A DNA stretch of 64,000 nt from Candidatus Liberimonas magnetica (GCA_020523885.1 JAJAPY010000002.1:236023-300022); one strand, 5' to 3'. Counted from the stretch's first letter, positions 1 through 10,925 are shown. Program-made: numbers and translations. Notes: generated by a model not told the origin, from the sequence alone.

Positions 1-1
1 A

Positions 2-694
2 ATGCTTTCCAGAGTAGCAAGAGATAGAAATGAAATAGCGGATAGTATCAGCAGAGAAACAACAAGGATGAAGCAAGTTTTGATATTTGCCGCTGTAATA
101 CTTCTTGTATTAGCAATATTTTCAGTAGTACTTGTCCTGTTTTTAGCCAGGTATATAATAAGCAGGTCAGCCCTTCTGAGGGATGGACACAGGCATATCT
201 GGGGGGGGACAACTGCACAAGGCCTCCCGGATTTCGGCAAAAGGCGACTCTCTGAACATAGCCAGGAGATAGAAGAGCTAAGAATTATTGAAGCTGAGGT
301 GGTTGGACGGCAAACAGACCCTCAGGCAGCGGAAGATGTCCTTCAGCCGTTTTTGCAAAGTAAGGATAGCAAAATAAATGCAGAGGCGGCAAGGGCTTTA
401 TTCAAGCATAATCCTACGAGGGCCTTAAATATCTTAGAAGAAATGGAATCAAGCCCGGATAAGCAGACGCGTATTGATGCTATACATGCGCTTGGCGAGA
501 TAAATTCTCCTGAAGCAGTTAAGGTCTTGTTAGATAACTTAAATGAAAATGAAATGGATGTAAAAAAAGAGTTAATCCGTTCTTTGCGAAAGATCAATGA
601 ACTTAAGAAAGCAGAAATACCTGAATACCTTCAGGATAAAATAGAAAAAGCACTGAACGGATTGAAAGATAATGGAAACTGGGTAATAGAATAG
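2..694 (+). CDS. Membrane-anchored HEAT-repeat protein
   Basis: 230-aa ORF. One hydrophobic helix near the N-terminus (VLIFAAVILLVLAIFSVVLVLFLA), then PBS-lyase/HEAT-like repeats (AARALFKHNP, RIDAIHALGEINSPEAVKVLLDNL, VKKELIRSLRKI). The ATG is at nt 2, so the true start could lie outside the window. Confidence 0.55.
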   Translation: MLSRVARDRNEIADSISRETTRMKQVLIFAAVILLVLAIFSVVLVLFLARYIISRSALLRDGHRHIWGGTTAQGLPDFGKRRLSEHSQEIEELRIIEAEVVGRQTDPQAAEDVLQPFLQSKDSKINAEAARALFKHNPTRALNILEEMESSPDKQTRIDAIHALGEINSPEAVKVLLDNLNENEMDVKKELIRSLRKINELKKAEIPEYLQDKIEKALNGLKDNGNWVIE

Positions 695-702
695 AGGATA
701 AA

Positions 703-2844
703 ATGCCTGATATTGACGATGATTTAATACTCGACCGAAAAACCAAAGAGCTAAAATACCTCCAAGAGATTCTTCAGTCGGAAATGAAGAAATGGACGGA
801 GCGTGAATTTGAACTGAAGGATACAATTAAATTATTGGAAGATAAAGTGCCTAAACTTGAAGCGGAACTGAAGTTATCATACGAAAAAAGGCTTGAGCAG
901 CTCAGTGTCCCTGAAAAGGAGTTTCTCAAGATCAGGGTAGAATTGGAAGAAAAAATAAAACAACAGGAGCTGGAAATCGGAGCTTTAAAAGAAATATTTA
1001 AAAAAAAGGAAGCCGAATTTATAAGTCTACAAAAAGACAAAGATGAACAGCAAAAAGATCAGGAGAAACATCTTATCGAACAGATAAAATGGCTTACAGA
1101 AAAATTAAATAATGAAAGAGAATCCCACGCTCAAATGCTTAAGTCTGAACATGAAGGATACGAATCGGCAAAAGCTGTGCTGGAACAAGAGAGCCTGCGG
1201 GTTAAGCAAGAGATCCATAGCAAAGAAGAAGAGTTAAATAAAATGCAAAGATTAATCTATGAAAAAGAAAATCAAAGAGCAAAAATAGAATTTGAACTAA
1301 GAAACAACATTGATGTTTTAAACGAAGAATTGAAACGTATAAGAACTTCGTTTGGTTCAGAAAAGAGTAACTTAATAAAAGGCCTTGAAACAAAACAGGA
1401 GGAAATCACAAGGCTTAATGATGCTTTAAAAAACCAGCAAAGCGATTTAGTCAAGCAATCTGAAGAACTTATGAAACAGCTTAAGCTTCTTAAGTCTGAG
1501 TCGGAAAAAGAAGTGGATAGGCTGAAGGCAACAATAAATGAACAGGCGTTTAAAATTACGGAAATATCCCAAAAAGTTAAGCATGAAGGTGCGCTGGAAG
1601 AAGGACAGAAAACAAGAGAACAAGAATATGAAAGCAAATTGAAACAACTTCAGATACTTAAATCTGAATCTGATGAAGAAGTAAATAAACTAAAAATATT
1701 TATAAATGAACAGGCATTTAAAATCGATGAAATGTCCCATAAACTTATAAATAAAAGTGCTCTTGAAGAAGGGCATAAAGCAAAAGAACAGGAGTATGAA
1801 GGCAAATTGAAACAGCTTGAAACGCTTAACCAGAGTTCAGATGAAGAAACTAAACTTATGAAAAAATTGATCGATCAAAAAGACAAAGATCTTTTTGGCG
1901 AAAGGTATAAAAATTCCGAGCTAGAGAAAAAAATGTTAGCGCATCAGCAGGTGCTGTCACAGAAAGCAAACCAATTCGAAGACGCAGAAAGGAATATCCT
2001 TGAGTTAAAAGCAATACTCGGACAGCGAGATGACAAAATAAAAGGATTTGAGAAAAGAGTGGATGATCAGGAGTTAAAAATATCTGAATTATCCAAAGAG
2101 ACAATGCGAAGAGAAGAAATGGAAGAAGCAGTCAGGATAAAAGAAAAACAGATAGAAGGCCAGAAAAATCAAATAGATATAATTGAAAAGAAATACAAAA
2201 TGGAGTTGGCTCAAAAAGATACGGGCTTGGAAAGGTTGCAGGGTCTGATTGAAACTCAAAAAACGAATTTTGAAGAAAAAATCCGTCAGAACGAAGATCT
2301 TACGAAAATTATTAAAAAAGAAAAACAAAAAAATATAGAAAATGAAGCAAAAATAAGGGCAGAGTATGAAGAAAAAGTTAACCAGCGGAATATGGATTAC
2401 AAGAAAGAGCAGGAAACATGGAACTTAGAAAGAAGTTCTTTGGAGCAGGAAAAAAGAGCCTTAAAAGATGAATTAAAAGCAAGTAAGATAAAGTTTGATG
2501 CAGAGAAAGCAGATTTATCAAAAATAGAAAATGCCGAGTGGCATAAAAAGTTAAAGGATAAAGATATCGAGATGGACCAAATAAAAGCAGAGATAACGAA
2601 GAAAGAACATGAATTGAAAAATAAATATTTGGCAGGAGATAGAGATGTAGATATGTTGAAACTTCAGCACTTAAAATGGGAAAAAACAGAGTTGCAGAAG
2701 AAATTTGAGCAGGAAAAGAACAAGTGGCTCGGAAAAGATACGGTAATGCATGCCAAACTGATGAAATGGAAATATGCTGTTTTGCTCTTGGGACTAATAA
2801 GCCTTATAACAATAATGATTCTTATATTAAAATTGAATTCATAG
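703..2844 (+). CDS. Tail-anchored K/E/Q-rich coiled-coil protein (713 aa)
   Basis: Charged heptad-like sequence over about 680 aa with no signal peptide. A single C-terminal hydrophobic helix (YAVLLLGLISLITIMILILKL) ends a few residues before the stop. GAGGA lies just upstream of the ATG, and the gene starts 9 nt after the HEAT gene. Confidence 0.6.
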   Translation: MPDIDDDLILDRKTKELKYLQEILQSEMKKWTEREFELKDTIKLLEDKVPKLEAELKLSYEKRLEQLSVPEKEFLKIRVELEEKIKQQELEIGALKEIFKKKEAEFISLQKDKDEQQKDQEKHLIEQIKWLTEKLNNERESHAQMLKSEHEGYESAKAVLEQESLRVKQEIHSKEEELNKMQRLIYEKENQRAKIEFELRNNIDVLNEELKRIRTSFGSEKSNLIKGLETKQEEITRLNDALKNQQSDLVKQSEELMKQLKLLKSESEKEVDRLKATINEQAFKITEISQKVKHEGALEEGQKTREQEYESKLKQLQILKSESDEEVNKLKIFINEQAFKIDEMSHKLINKSALEEGHKAKEQEYEGKLKQLETLNQSSDEETKLMKKLIDQKDKDLFGERYKNSELEKKMLAHQQVLSQKANQFEDAERNILELKAILGQRDDKIKGFEKRVDDQELKISELSKETMRREEMEEAVRIKEKQIEGQKNQIDIIEKKYKMELAQKDTGLERLQGLIETQKTNFEEKIRQNEDLTKIIKKEKQKNIENEAKIRAEYEEKVNQRNMDYKKEQETWNLERSSLEQEKRALKDELKASKIKFDAEKADLSKIENAEWHKKLKDKDIEMDQIKAEITKKEHELKNKYLAGDRDVDMLKLQHLKWEKTELQKKFEQEKNKWLGKDTVMHAKLMKWKYAVLLLGLISLITIMILILKLNS
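1489..1824 (+). repeat. Two tandem 168-nt (56-aa) in-frame repeats inside the coiled-coil gene
   Basis: LKSESEKEVDRLKATINEQAFKITEISQKVKHEGALEEGQKTREQEYESKLKQLQI is followed directly by LKSESDEEVNKLKIFINEQAFKIDEMSHKLINKSALEEGHKAKEQEYEGKLKQLET. A partial third unit follows. Confidence 0.75.
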
Positions 2845-3181
2845 ATATTTTTATTGATTCTAACCTATGTCAACCCTGAAATTCATTTTAATAATGCTTC
2901 CCATCCGTACAACCACCACTCTAAACCAGCTCTTATGGATTTAAGCCATAAAACCGTCAACAGTTGCTTTATATGAACAGAGTATGAAAATGTGCCCATA
3001 TAACTTAATACTTCATATATATATATATAATCCATCCTTTATCTACATCTTGAATCTATGTTGTTTATAGAGTATAGAATCTGGCTTATAGCCTGATGGT
3101 ACCAGAATGTAGTTCTATAAAAAGGTTATTATATGATAATATGCATAAGTAGCAGGTAAAAAGAAAGGAAAAGAGATTTAA

Positions 3182-4510
3182 TTATTTAGGAAGGGTATCC
3201 GACATATTCTTTAAGTCTTTTATATATTTATTGACTTCCGCATTGTTTTTATCAAAATCTAAGAATAATTGCCACGATTTCAGCGCTTCAGCATAGTTAT
3301 TATATATATACATAAGAAGCCCATGAGCATAATAGTAATTCTTGTCCGGAGATTTACTATTTTCATTTTCAAGCGATTTCATTCCGGTAACAATAATATT
3401 AATGTGTTTCAATGCATTATATTTTACTTTGGGATCAGGGTCTGATTGGGATACTTCTTTAAATAAGTCATAAGCTCTTATATATTCATTCTTATTAAAT
3501 GCTTTTACTCCATTTTTGAAACTATCTTTTCTTGTTACAGAAATCTTTCTCCTGGCTGCTTTTTTATCTTCTGCAGTCATTCCGAACGAAAAGATAATGC
3601 TAAACCTGTGAGAACCGTAGGTATCCGTAATCCCTTTAAACGGGAATGAAAAACCGTAATCAATACGTATTACGTTGCTGAGGTCATAAGATAGGCCAAA
3701 TGTTGAGTTTGAGAGGTCTCTGGTTCCTATCTGGAGCCCTGCCCTTAACGCTATTTGATTAGAGACCCATCTTTCAAACCCCGATGAATACATAACATCT
3801 CCCTTACTGGACTCTATTTCAAAAGGAACTGTAAGCCTGCTGTCTCTGTAACTTATCCCCAGTTTTGTAATTAAAGGAACTTTAGCTGAGGTCAGCATTC
3901 CCATATCAGGTTCGTTGATGTTCTTAAAGACTGTACCTATTGAGATCCTGTCATTAATCTTTGAAAGAAACCCTAAATCATATGCCGTTCCTGATTTAGC
4001 ATAACCACTTGCAAAAACAGGGTCACGGCCATATGTGTTTCCTAACGTATCTATAGCATTTTCAGTATATATTGTTTGAGCATATTGTTTTGTAAGCATT
4101 TTCATGTTTGCGCCTAAGAAGACTGTGCGGCCGAAAATAGTGAAGAAAGATTTGCCGTAAGAAATGAAAGTTGTGTCTTCCTCGTACAATTGTGCTGCTT
4201 TAAACCATCTTAAGCCGAACCCGAAAGTGCCGTATTTAGGCGTGTTATAGAGGCATCCTGCAAAAGATTCGCTTATGGCATCCGATAATCCGGCATAAAG
4301 TATATTCGTGTTTGTAGCGATCTCCTTATGCCGAACATTGCCAAGGCCTGCAGGGTTGTAAATAATAGCATAAGTATCGTCGCATACTGCAACAAAGTTG
4401 TCGCCCATACCGACAGCTCTTGCGCTGGTGCCAAGCTCGTCAAATTCACCGAAACCAGGCTGGTTAAAAAAAGTTATCAAAATGGTAAGTAAGACTATTT
4501 TTTTGATCAT
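3182..4510 (-). CDS. Outer-membrane beta-barrel, PorV/PorQ/UPF0164-like, with a C-terminal TPR-like tail
   Basis: Signal peptide MIKKIVLLTILITFFNQPGFG. N-terminal motif ARAVGMGDNFVAVCDDTYAIIYNPAGLG is typical of this barrel family, followed by alternating beta-strand-like sequence. The last ~110 aa are helical and TPR-like (YIRAYDLFKEV, YYYAHGLLMYIYNNYAEALKSW). Confidence 0.5.
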   Translation of the reverse strand: MIKKIVLLTILITFFNQPGFGEFDELGTSARAVGMGDNFVAVCDDTYAIIYNPAGLGNVRHKEIATNTNILYAGLSDAISESFAGCLYNTPKYGTFGFGLRWFKAAQLYEEDTTFISYGKSFFTIFGRTVFLGANMKMLTKQYAQTIYTENAIDTLGNTYGRDPVFASGYAKSGTAYDLGFLSKINDRISIGTVFKNINEPDMGMLTSAKVPLITKLGISYRDSRLTVPFEIESSKGDVMYSSGFERWVSNQIALRAGLQIGTRDLSNSTFGLSYDLSNVIRIDYGFSFPFKGITDTYGSHRFSIIFSFGMTAEDKKAARRKISVTRKDSFKNGVKAFNKNEYIRAYDLFKEVSQSDPDPKVKYNALKHINIIVTGMKSLENENSKSPDKNYYYAHGLLMYIYNNYAEALKSWQLFLDFDKNNAEVNKYIKDLKNMSDTLPK

Positions 4511-4689
4511 TTCATTTCCTGCAGAAGTCTCCGGTTCTTTTTCGTAATGTTGTGCCCTCTATTGGTATGTATGGATTATGGCTAAACGATATCCCAGCAC
4601 TCGGTATGGGTTTTTCTGTAGAGTGGGGGGTAAATTGAATCTGTTTTTATAGATTCCCTCCATAATCGTACCCGCGAAAGGCCTTCAAT

Positions 4690-6366
4690 TTATTGTGCCA
4701 GTATAATTACGCCGTTCACTACTTTTGAATCACTGCCTTTAGCTTCGATTTGATAAATGTATGTTCCCGGAGTTGCCAGTGAACCGGAATCCATCAGTCC
4801 GTCCCATCTTAAGGAATTCTTGTTGAATCCGCTTTTTAGTTTTGCGACGAATCTGCCCCTGAGGTCATAAATACTGCCGCTTACAGGGCTGTCCTTCGGG
4901 TTTTCGAACTGGAATTCCACGCAATCGTTCCTGTTATCTCCGTTAGGAGTAAAGATGGTAGGATATACTTTGTTAAGAGTAAAAGATTGAGCTTTCAATG
5001 CCTGTTTTACCATGTACTTGCCGAGGCGCGCAGTCCTGAAAGATAAAGCTCCGTTAAATGAATCTTTTCCGAGTTTTATCCATTCATTACCGTTATTCCA
5101 GTACAGAGAGAACTGGTTGTCATATAAAGACGCCAAGTTGCTGCTAATGTTGTTTTTAATAACATGGGATAAGACACTAGAAGAAGTAACGGAGGAAGAA
5201 TCGCCGAACTGCCAGACGACACGTACTAAAGCCTCGTTGAAGCTCATGTAAGGCAATCTTTTCAGGTTTGATGCTTTAGCAGGATATATATCATAACTCT
5301 TTAAAATATTATAGTCGTCTAAATCGTTTGGTATTTCCTGCGACAATATAATTATATTGTCTTTTATAGGGTTATTTTCTTTATAAAGATCTTTGCTCAC
5401 GCTTGACGGTATAGCAACTATCATCCGAGTATCGGTTGATACCGAGATGAGATTAAAATCATTGCTTGAGTCTTGTATCATGGAATCTGCGCTTTCGTTT
5501 CCGTCCTTATCTACACACGTGACCTTATAATAATATACGTTTGTATTCGGTATAGCCGGTGAAGATTCAACTGTGTTTGTCGGCAGAGTCAGCGAAGTGT
5601 CTGTCCAATTGTAGAGATGTAAGCCTGTATAGGAGACCGTGCCTACCATTTTCCAGTCCGTAAATATTTCGGTAGACCTGTATACCCTGAATGTACTTTG
5701 ATCGTCGCAGATCGTATTATTTACATTGTTAACCGGTACATCCCAGGATATTGTCGGTTTATTATTTGCTACTGTTAAAAATATGCCCGAAGGCTGTAAT
5801 GACTTGATCGTATCGAGTAATTTGGTTATAACAATAACTTTATTTGTTGCGCCTCTCAGGCTCCACTCGTCCCATGGATCATCCTTAACTTTGACTCTCC
5901 AGTAATAGGTTGCTGCATCTATCATCGAGATTTGCCAGAATTTATTTGCAGAGTTGGTTTCGCCGGATGTATAGTTTACTATTGAAAAATTTACATCGGT
6001 AGACAGCTCGACTAAAAAGCCTCTTTGAGTATGGGAGTCAGCGTCTGAGTAATCCCATTGAAAAGTCGGCTGAGCAGTTACTGTAGTAGAATTATTTAGA
6101 GGGAATGTTAGGATTGACAGTGGGAGGTTGTTGACGTTTGGCAAAAATCCGCTGTTGAGGTCATACGTAGAAACCACAGATGCGGATACAAATGAACCAA
6201 AAGACCCGTCATTTTCATAAACCCCGCTTGCAGTGGATGCATTTCCACCGGAATTAAGCATTCCAATCAAATCGTTATTCCCGTTTACTTGCCAGGTAAA
6301 GGAAATAGAAACGAAAAGAAAAAGTAAAGCTGTTAGAATAATTAATTCTTTAAAAAATTTGTTCAT
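4690..6366 (-). CDS. Secreted Ig/FN3-like surface protein with a T9SS type-B-like (CHU_C / FlgD-Ig-like) C-terminal domain
   Basis: Signal peptide MNKFFKELIILTALLFLFVSISF. Internal PTFQWDYSDADSH...YYWRVKVKDD-type domains. The C-terminal ~90 aa, FTPNGDNRNDCVEF...RWDGLMDSGSLATPGTYIYQIEAKG...NGVIILAQ, matches the pattern of gliding-motility/T9SS sorting domains. Confidence 0.5.
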   Translation of the reverse strand: MNKFFKELIILTALLFLFVSISFTWQVNGNNDLIGMLNSGGNASTASGVYENDGSFGSFVSASVVSTYDLNSGFLPNVNNLPLSILTFPLNNSTTVTAQPTFQWDYSDADSHTQRGFLVELSTDVNFSIVNYTSGETNSANKFWQISMIDAATYYWRVKVKDDPWDEWSLRGATNKVIVITKLLDTIKSLQPSGIFLTVANNKPTISWDVPVNNVNNTICDDQSTFRVYRSTEIFTDWKMVGTVSYTGLHLYNWTDTSLTLPTNTVESSPAIPNTNVYYYKVTCVDKDGNESADSMIQDSSNDFNLISVSTDTRMIVAIPSSVSKDLYKENNPIKDNIIILSQEIPNDLDDYNILKSYDIYPAKASNLKRLPYMSFNEALVRVVWQFGDSSSVTSSSVLSHVIKNNISSNLASLYDNQFSLYWNNGNEWIKLGKDSFNGALSFRTARLGKYMVKQALKAQSFTLNKVYPTIFTPNGDNRNDCVEFQFENPKDSPVSGSIYDLRGRFVAKLKSGFNKNSLRWDGLMDSGSLATPGTYIYQIEAKGSDSKVVNGVIILAQ

Positions 6367-6760
6367 TTGCTCAACCTTTTCAAATGATACTTAAACTAAG
6401 CTTTTTACTTCAACTTCCAATAATATTATAATTAATAATTGTTTAGATTGCAATGCTTTTATATAATATATATTATTTTAATTAACAATATTCAATATAC
6501 TATAATTATATTATTGAAAATTCAATATATTTTCTATAAATCTACAAGTAACATTATATTTTTAGTTCTAAAAATTATGTTAAATTATTGATAATTCCCT
6601 ATAATTATATTTCTAATATTATAATATAGCTTATGCTTTCTAAGAACAAAAAAATCAAGCAAAAACATGAAAAAAATTGAAAAAGTTGCATAATTCAATT
6701 TTTTTTTGTATAATCAATTTTCATGCTTATTAAATTTTACTAAAAAATAAGGCTGGTGGA
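6367..6760. promoter_or_regulatory. 394-nt extremely AT-rich divergent intergenic region (surface-protein gene on -, bamA on +)
   Basis: Many TATAAT-like hexamers and repeated ATTCAATATA and ATAATTATA(T)T words. No ORF. Confidence 0.35.
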
Positions 6761-9061
6761 ATGACAAAAAACATTATACTAATCTTCGGTTTGGTTCTGG
6801 TTTTGGTGAATGTTGTGTTTGCAGATAACTACAAGGTAAACAAGATTTCCGGGATCTATATTGAAGGCTTAATCAACATAAAAGAAAAGACAGTACTTAA
6901 AAAAATCAAATCAAAGACAGGCAAGCCCTATTCTGAAAGTAAAATAAAGGCTGATTTTCAAACTATGCTGGAGATGGAATATTTTGACAACGTAAGTGTT
7001 CTTGTAGATACTTCGACATGGAAAATAACTTTTAAAGTGAAAGAAAAGCCGTACATAAAGAGAATTAATTTTAAGGGTAATAAAAAAATATCACGCGGTT
7101 CATTGATGTCTGAAATAACTCTAAAGGAAAAAACCTACTACGAACTATTGAAATTACAGGAATCTAAAGATAAAATAATGGTGCTTTACGGCGATAAAGG
7201 CTATGCCGACTGCAAGATGGAGGTCTATCCGACCATTAATGAGAAAACTAATGAAATGACCCTCTCTTTTTTGATAAGTGAAGGGAACAGGATATTGATA
7301 GGCGGAGTTGAGATAACGGGGACCAAAGTTTATAAGGCAAAGAAGATCAAAGGGAAGATGGATAAAGTCAAGAAGAAAAAGGTTTTTAAAGAAGAAAATC
7401 TGAAAAATGACATTGATGCGATAAAAGAGTTTTACAAAAATAACGGTTATATACAGATTCAGGTTGATGAGCCGAAAATCACGTACAATAAAGAAAGAAC
7501 TCAAATGTTCATTTCAATGAATATCAGCGAGGGGAAAAAATATAAAGTCGGAAATATTTCTTTTTCAGGCAATATCGTTTTTACCGATTCTCAAATTAAA
7601 AAAGATGTTACCTTGAAGCCTGGAAGCCTTTACCAGGAAGAAAAATTTAAAGAATCTCAGCAGGCTATCCTGGAGCTTTATTCAGATAAAGGTTATTTAA
7701 ATTGCCAGGTTGTGCCGAAATTCACTCCGGATCAAGAAAAAGGCATAATGGACATACTCTTTGACATAAAGGAAAACAGTGTAATTTATGTAGGCAGGAT
7801 TTATGTAGATGGATTAACAAATACAAAAGAATTTGTTATAAAAAGAGAGTTGGTTATAAGGGAAGGTGACGTATTCTCAGCTTCAAAGGTAAGAAGAAGT
7901 ATAGAAAAGATCCATAATTTAGGTTTTATTGATGCTGTTGATCCTCAAATACTTCCGACCGATAAAAGAGATGTGATGGACCTGAGTTTAAATATTTCAG
8001 AAGGAAAACCCGGAATGCTTTCGGCAGGAGCGGGTTATTCTTCGGTCGATCAATTGGTCGGTACACTGCAGGTCCAGCATATAAATCTATTCGGAAGGGC
8101 AGAGAGGCTTAATTTAACCTGGGAATTTGGCGCCAGAAGGCAGAATTATGAGATAAATTGGACAGAGCCCTGGTTTTTGAACAAGCCCGTCAGCCTTGGT
8201 TTGGGTTTGTTTGATACAGAAGTAACAAGGGATTATGGTTCAATATTCAGTGCTTATAAAGAAGGACGAAAAGGCGGAACAATAAGTGTCGGGCCGCGTT
8301 TAAATGAATACTTAAGCTTGTTTTTTACATATACCTACGCGCATGTGAGCGTTTTTGATATAAACCTTGATACCCCTACACAAGCCTCAAGCAATGTTGT
8401 TCCTACTAGTGATGTAACATCCAGCATAGCCACTCAAATCGCCTGGGATACAAGGGACAATATTTTTGACCCTTCAAAAGGAGGGCGACAATCATTCTCT
8501 TTGCAGATAGCCGGAGGGCCCTTAGGGGGGAACATTAATTTTATAAAACCAGTTTTAAGAAATTCAGTATTTATACCGACATTCTGGAAATTCGTTTTAT
8601 CGATAAATTCCACCCTTGGCATGATACAGAATTACGGGTCTTCATCCGACATACCTGTCTATGAAAGATTTTACATCGGAGGGGCAGATACGGTCAGGGG
8701 CTATGAATACAGGTCCGAGATCGGGCCTATACAGGGCGGAAAAATCGAGTATGTCTATAATGTAGAGTATAAGTTCCCTATAGTACAAGAAAAAAAACAT
8801 TCTGTGATAGTCGGTGCAATATTTTTTGATGTCGGAGGCACCTGGAATAATCCAGGAGACCTTAACCTTGAGATAGGGAGCAATGAAAGGGATTCGGCAA
8901 CAAATACAATTACGAAATTCAGGATGAAATCTGGTGCTGGCTTTGGGATAAGGTTTACGACTCCAGTATTTCCTTTAAGGCTTGACTGGGGATACGGGTT
9001 TAACCATGAACCCGGGGAGAGTATGAGCCAGTTTTATTTCTCGATAGGTAATATATTTTAG
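6761..9061 (+). CDS. bamA: Outer membrane protein assembly factor BamA
   Basis: 766 aa with a signal peptide, repeated POTRA-like modules, and a C-terminal Omp85 barrel ending in an aromatic residue (FYFSIGNIF). Sits in the conserved bamA-skp-lpxD context. Confidence 0.9.
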   Translation: MTKNIILIFGLVLVLVNVVFADNYKVNKISGIYIEGLINIKEKTVLKKIKSKTGKPYSESKIKADFQTMLEMEYFDNVSVLVDTSTWKITFKVKEKPYIKRINFKGNKKISRGSLMSEITLKEKTYYELLKLQESKDKIMVLYGDKGYADCKMEVYPTINEKTNEMTLSFLISEGNRILIGGVEITGTKVYKAKKIKGKMDKVKKKKVFKEENLKNDIDAIKEFYKNNGYIQIQVDEPKITYNKERTQMFISMNISEGKKYKVGNISFSGNIVFTDSQIKKDVTLKPGSLYQEEKFKESQQAILELYSDKGYLNCQVVPKFTPDQEKGIMDILFDIKENSVIYVGRIYVDGLTNTKEFVIKRELVIREGDVFSASKVRRSIEKIHNLGFIDAVDPQILPTDKRDVMDLSLNISEGKPGMLSAGAGYSSVDQLVGTLQVQHINLFGRAERLNLTWEFGARRQNYEINWTEPWFLNKPVSLGLGLFDTEVTRDYGSIFSAYKEGRKGGTISVGPRLNEYLSLFFTYTYAHVSVFDINLDTPTQASSNVVPTSDVTSSIATQIAWDTRDNIFDPSKGGRQSFSLQIAGGPLGGNINFIKPVLRNSVFIPTFWKFVLSINSTLGMIQNYGSSSDIPVYERFYIGGADTVRGYEYRSEIGPIQGGKIEYVYNVEYKFPIVQEKKHSVIVGAIFFDVGGTWNNPGDLNLEIGSNERDSATNTITKFRMKSGAGFGIRFTTPVFPLRLDWGYGFNHEPGESMSQFYFSIGNIF

Positions 9062-9184
9062 TTAAGGCAAAAGACAAAATCAGCAATTAACAAGGCAAAT
9101 TAACAGCTTACTTATTTTAGCTTTTGATTTTATTTTGAAATGCTAACTGATAATTGCTAATTTTATAATGAAGAAGAGGTTAAT

Positions 9185-9913
9185 ATGTATAACATCCTAG
9201 TTATGTTAATTTTAACTTTTTACTTACCTGTGGCATCAAATGCGGTCGAAATCTCTCTTGATAAACAGCCAAGTACCATTTCTCAAGGAAAGGGCCAGGA
9301 AACAAGCATAGGATACGTAGATATCGATAAGGTTTTTTCAGAACACCCTATGACAAAACGCCTTAAAGATGAATTCTGTGTAACAGCTGATTCAAAGAAA
9401 AAAGAAATAAATACTCTGCAACTTGAAATCGGCAGGCTTGAGCAGATGATCATATCAAGTACCACCATACTAAACAGGACTAAAGATGAAATTGCGGTCT
9501 TAAAAAATGTATCCTCTAAAATCGACCAGAATGCTTTGCAACCGGCACAGACCTCCCAAATGAACCTGCAAGTATCGCAATCAACGCCCACATCAAAACC
9601 GGCTGTTAATCCGGCAGTAATAAGTGAAAAAGAAAAAGCGGTTTCCGACATTGAAAAAGGCCTTGAAATAATCAAGAAAACTGCCGAAACAAAAAAACTG
9701 GACATTGTAAAACTGGTCAATACTCAGAAAGAGTGCCTTACAAAACTTGAAGAAGACCAGACGAATAACGTTTTAGCTGACATCTACACTGTTCTTGGCA
9801 AAATCGCAGATGAAGAAGGGGTAACAATTATAGTTGATAAAAGCCAGATCTTATTTGGAAAAACGGCTAAGGATCTTACCGACAAAGTACTGGATAGGTT
9901 GAGAGGAAGATGA
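9185..9913 (+). CDS. skp: OmpH/Skp-like periplasmic chaperone
   Basis: 242 aa with a signal peptide and a coiled-coil-rich body, including a low-complexity Q/S/T/P insert. Position between bamA and lpxD. Confidence 0.65.
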   Translation: MYNILVMLILTFYLPVASNAVEISLDKQPSTISQGKGQETSIGYVDIDKVFSEHPMTKRLKDEFCVTADSKKKEINTLQLEIGRLEQMIISSTTILNRTKDEIAVLKNVSSKIDQNALQPAQTSQMNLQVSQSTPTSKPAVNPAVISEKEKAVSDIEKGLEIIKKTAETKKLDIVKLVNTQKECLTKLEEDQTNNVLADIYTVLGKIADEEGVTIIVDKSQILFGKTAKDLTDKVLDRLRGR

Positions 9914-9914
9914 C

Positions 9915-10925
9915 ATGAAATTGACCGCAAAAGAAATAGCGGAAATTGTAGAAGGGGAACTTTTTGCACAACCTGAAATAGTAATTACAGGAGCTGCCAG
10001 TCTCTCAGAAGCCGGTAAAGACGATGTTTCATTTCTTGGAAATGAGAAATATTCCAAGCAGGTGGCATCCTCAAGAGCCGGGCTTATATTGTTGCCGAAG
10101 AAATATGATGTTTCTGATAAACCTGCGGTCAAAGTAAAAAATCCGCAGCTTGCGTTTGCAAAGATACTGGAGATAATAGAAAAAGAAAGAATAAAGCTGG
10201 GAAGAGTAGGGGTCCATCCCTCCTGCGTGGTCTCAAGAAGTGCAAAAATAGGTTTGGCTGCGCATATCGGCCCTTATTCTGTAATTGAAGATAATGCTGT
10301 AATAGGTGATAGGACGATAATTTACGCTCAATGCTATGTGGGTGAAAATACAAAGATAGGAGAGGAGTGCCTGATTTATCCTGGGGTAATCATAAGAGAA
10401 AACGTAGTAATCGGGAATAAGGTGATACTTAACCCAGGAGTGATAATTGGGGGCGACGGGTTCGGTTTTGTACCTGACGGAAATAGCCTTCATAAAATAC
10501 CTCAGATAGGAACTGTTGATATCGGAGATAATGTAGAGATAGGAGCAAATACCACTGTTGACAGGGCTACTATCGGAAAAACATTCATTGGCAGAGGAAC
10601 TAAAATCGACAACCAGATACAGATAGCTCACAATGTCCAAATTGGCGAGAACTGTATAATCGTTTCTTCCGCTTCGATAGCAGGTTCAGCCAGGATCGGG
10701 AACAATGTGACGATCGCAGGCCAGGCAGGCGTTGCCGGGCATATCAGTATCGGAGACGGAGCGATCATCGGCGGGCAATCCGGAGTAATAAGTGATATAA
10801 AATCCGGCGAGATAGTTTCAGGGCTTCCTGCCAGGGACCATAAGAAAAATCTGAAGATCCAGGCCTTAATACAAAAACTGCCCGAAATATATGAAAAAAT
10901 AAAAAAGATGGAGAAGAAAGGATAG
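9915..10925 (+). CDS. lpxD: UDP-3-O-acylglucosamine N-acyltransferase
   Basis: 336 aa. N-terminal LpxD domain ([16 protein letters not shown]), then a long run of hexapeptide/left-handed beta-helix repeats. Confidence 0.9.
   Translation: MKLTAKEIAEIVEGELFAQPEIVITGAASLSEAGKDDVSFLGNEKYSKQVASSRAGLILLPKKYDVSDKPAVKVKNPQLAFAKILEIIEKERIKLGRVGVHPSCVVSRSAKIGLAAHIGPYSVIEDNAVIGDRTIIYAQCYVGENTKIGEECLIYPGVIIRENVVIGNKVILNPGVIIGGDGFGFVPDGNSLHKIPQIGTVDIGDNVEIGANTTVDRATIGKTFIGRGTKIDNQIQIAHNVQIGENCIIVSSASIAGSARIGNNVTIAGQAGVAGHISIGDGAIIGGQSGVISDIKSGEIVSGLPARDHKKNLKIQALIQKLPEIYEKIKKMEKKG

Noticed and set aside
3015-3029. (AT)n microsatellite in the convergent spacer after the coiled-coil gene.
   Set aside because: It is very short (~7 units), lies in an AT-rich spacer, and has no associated feature.
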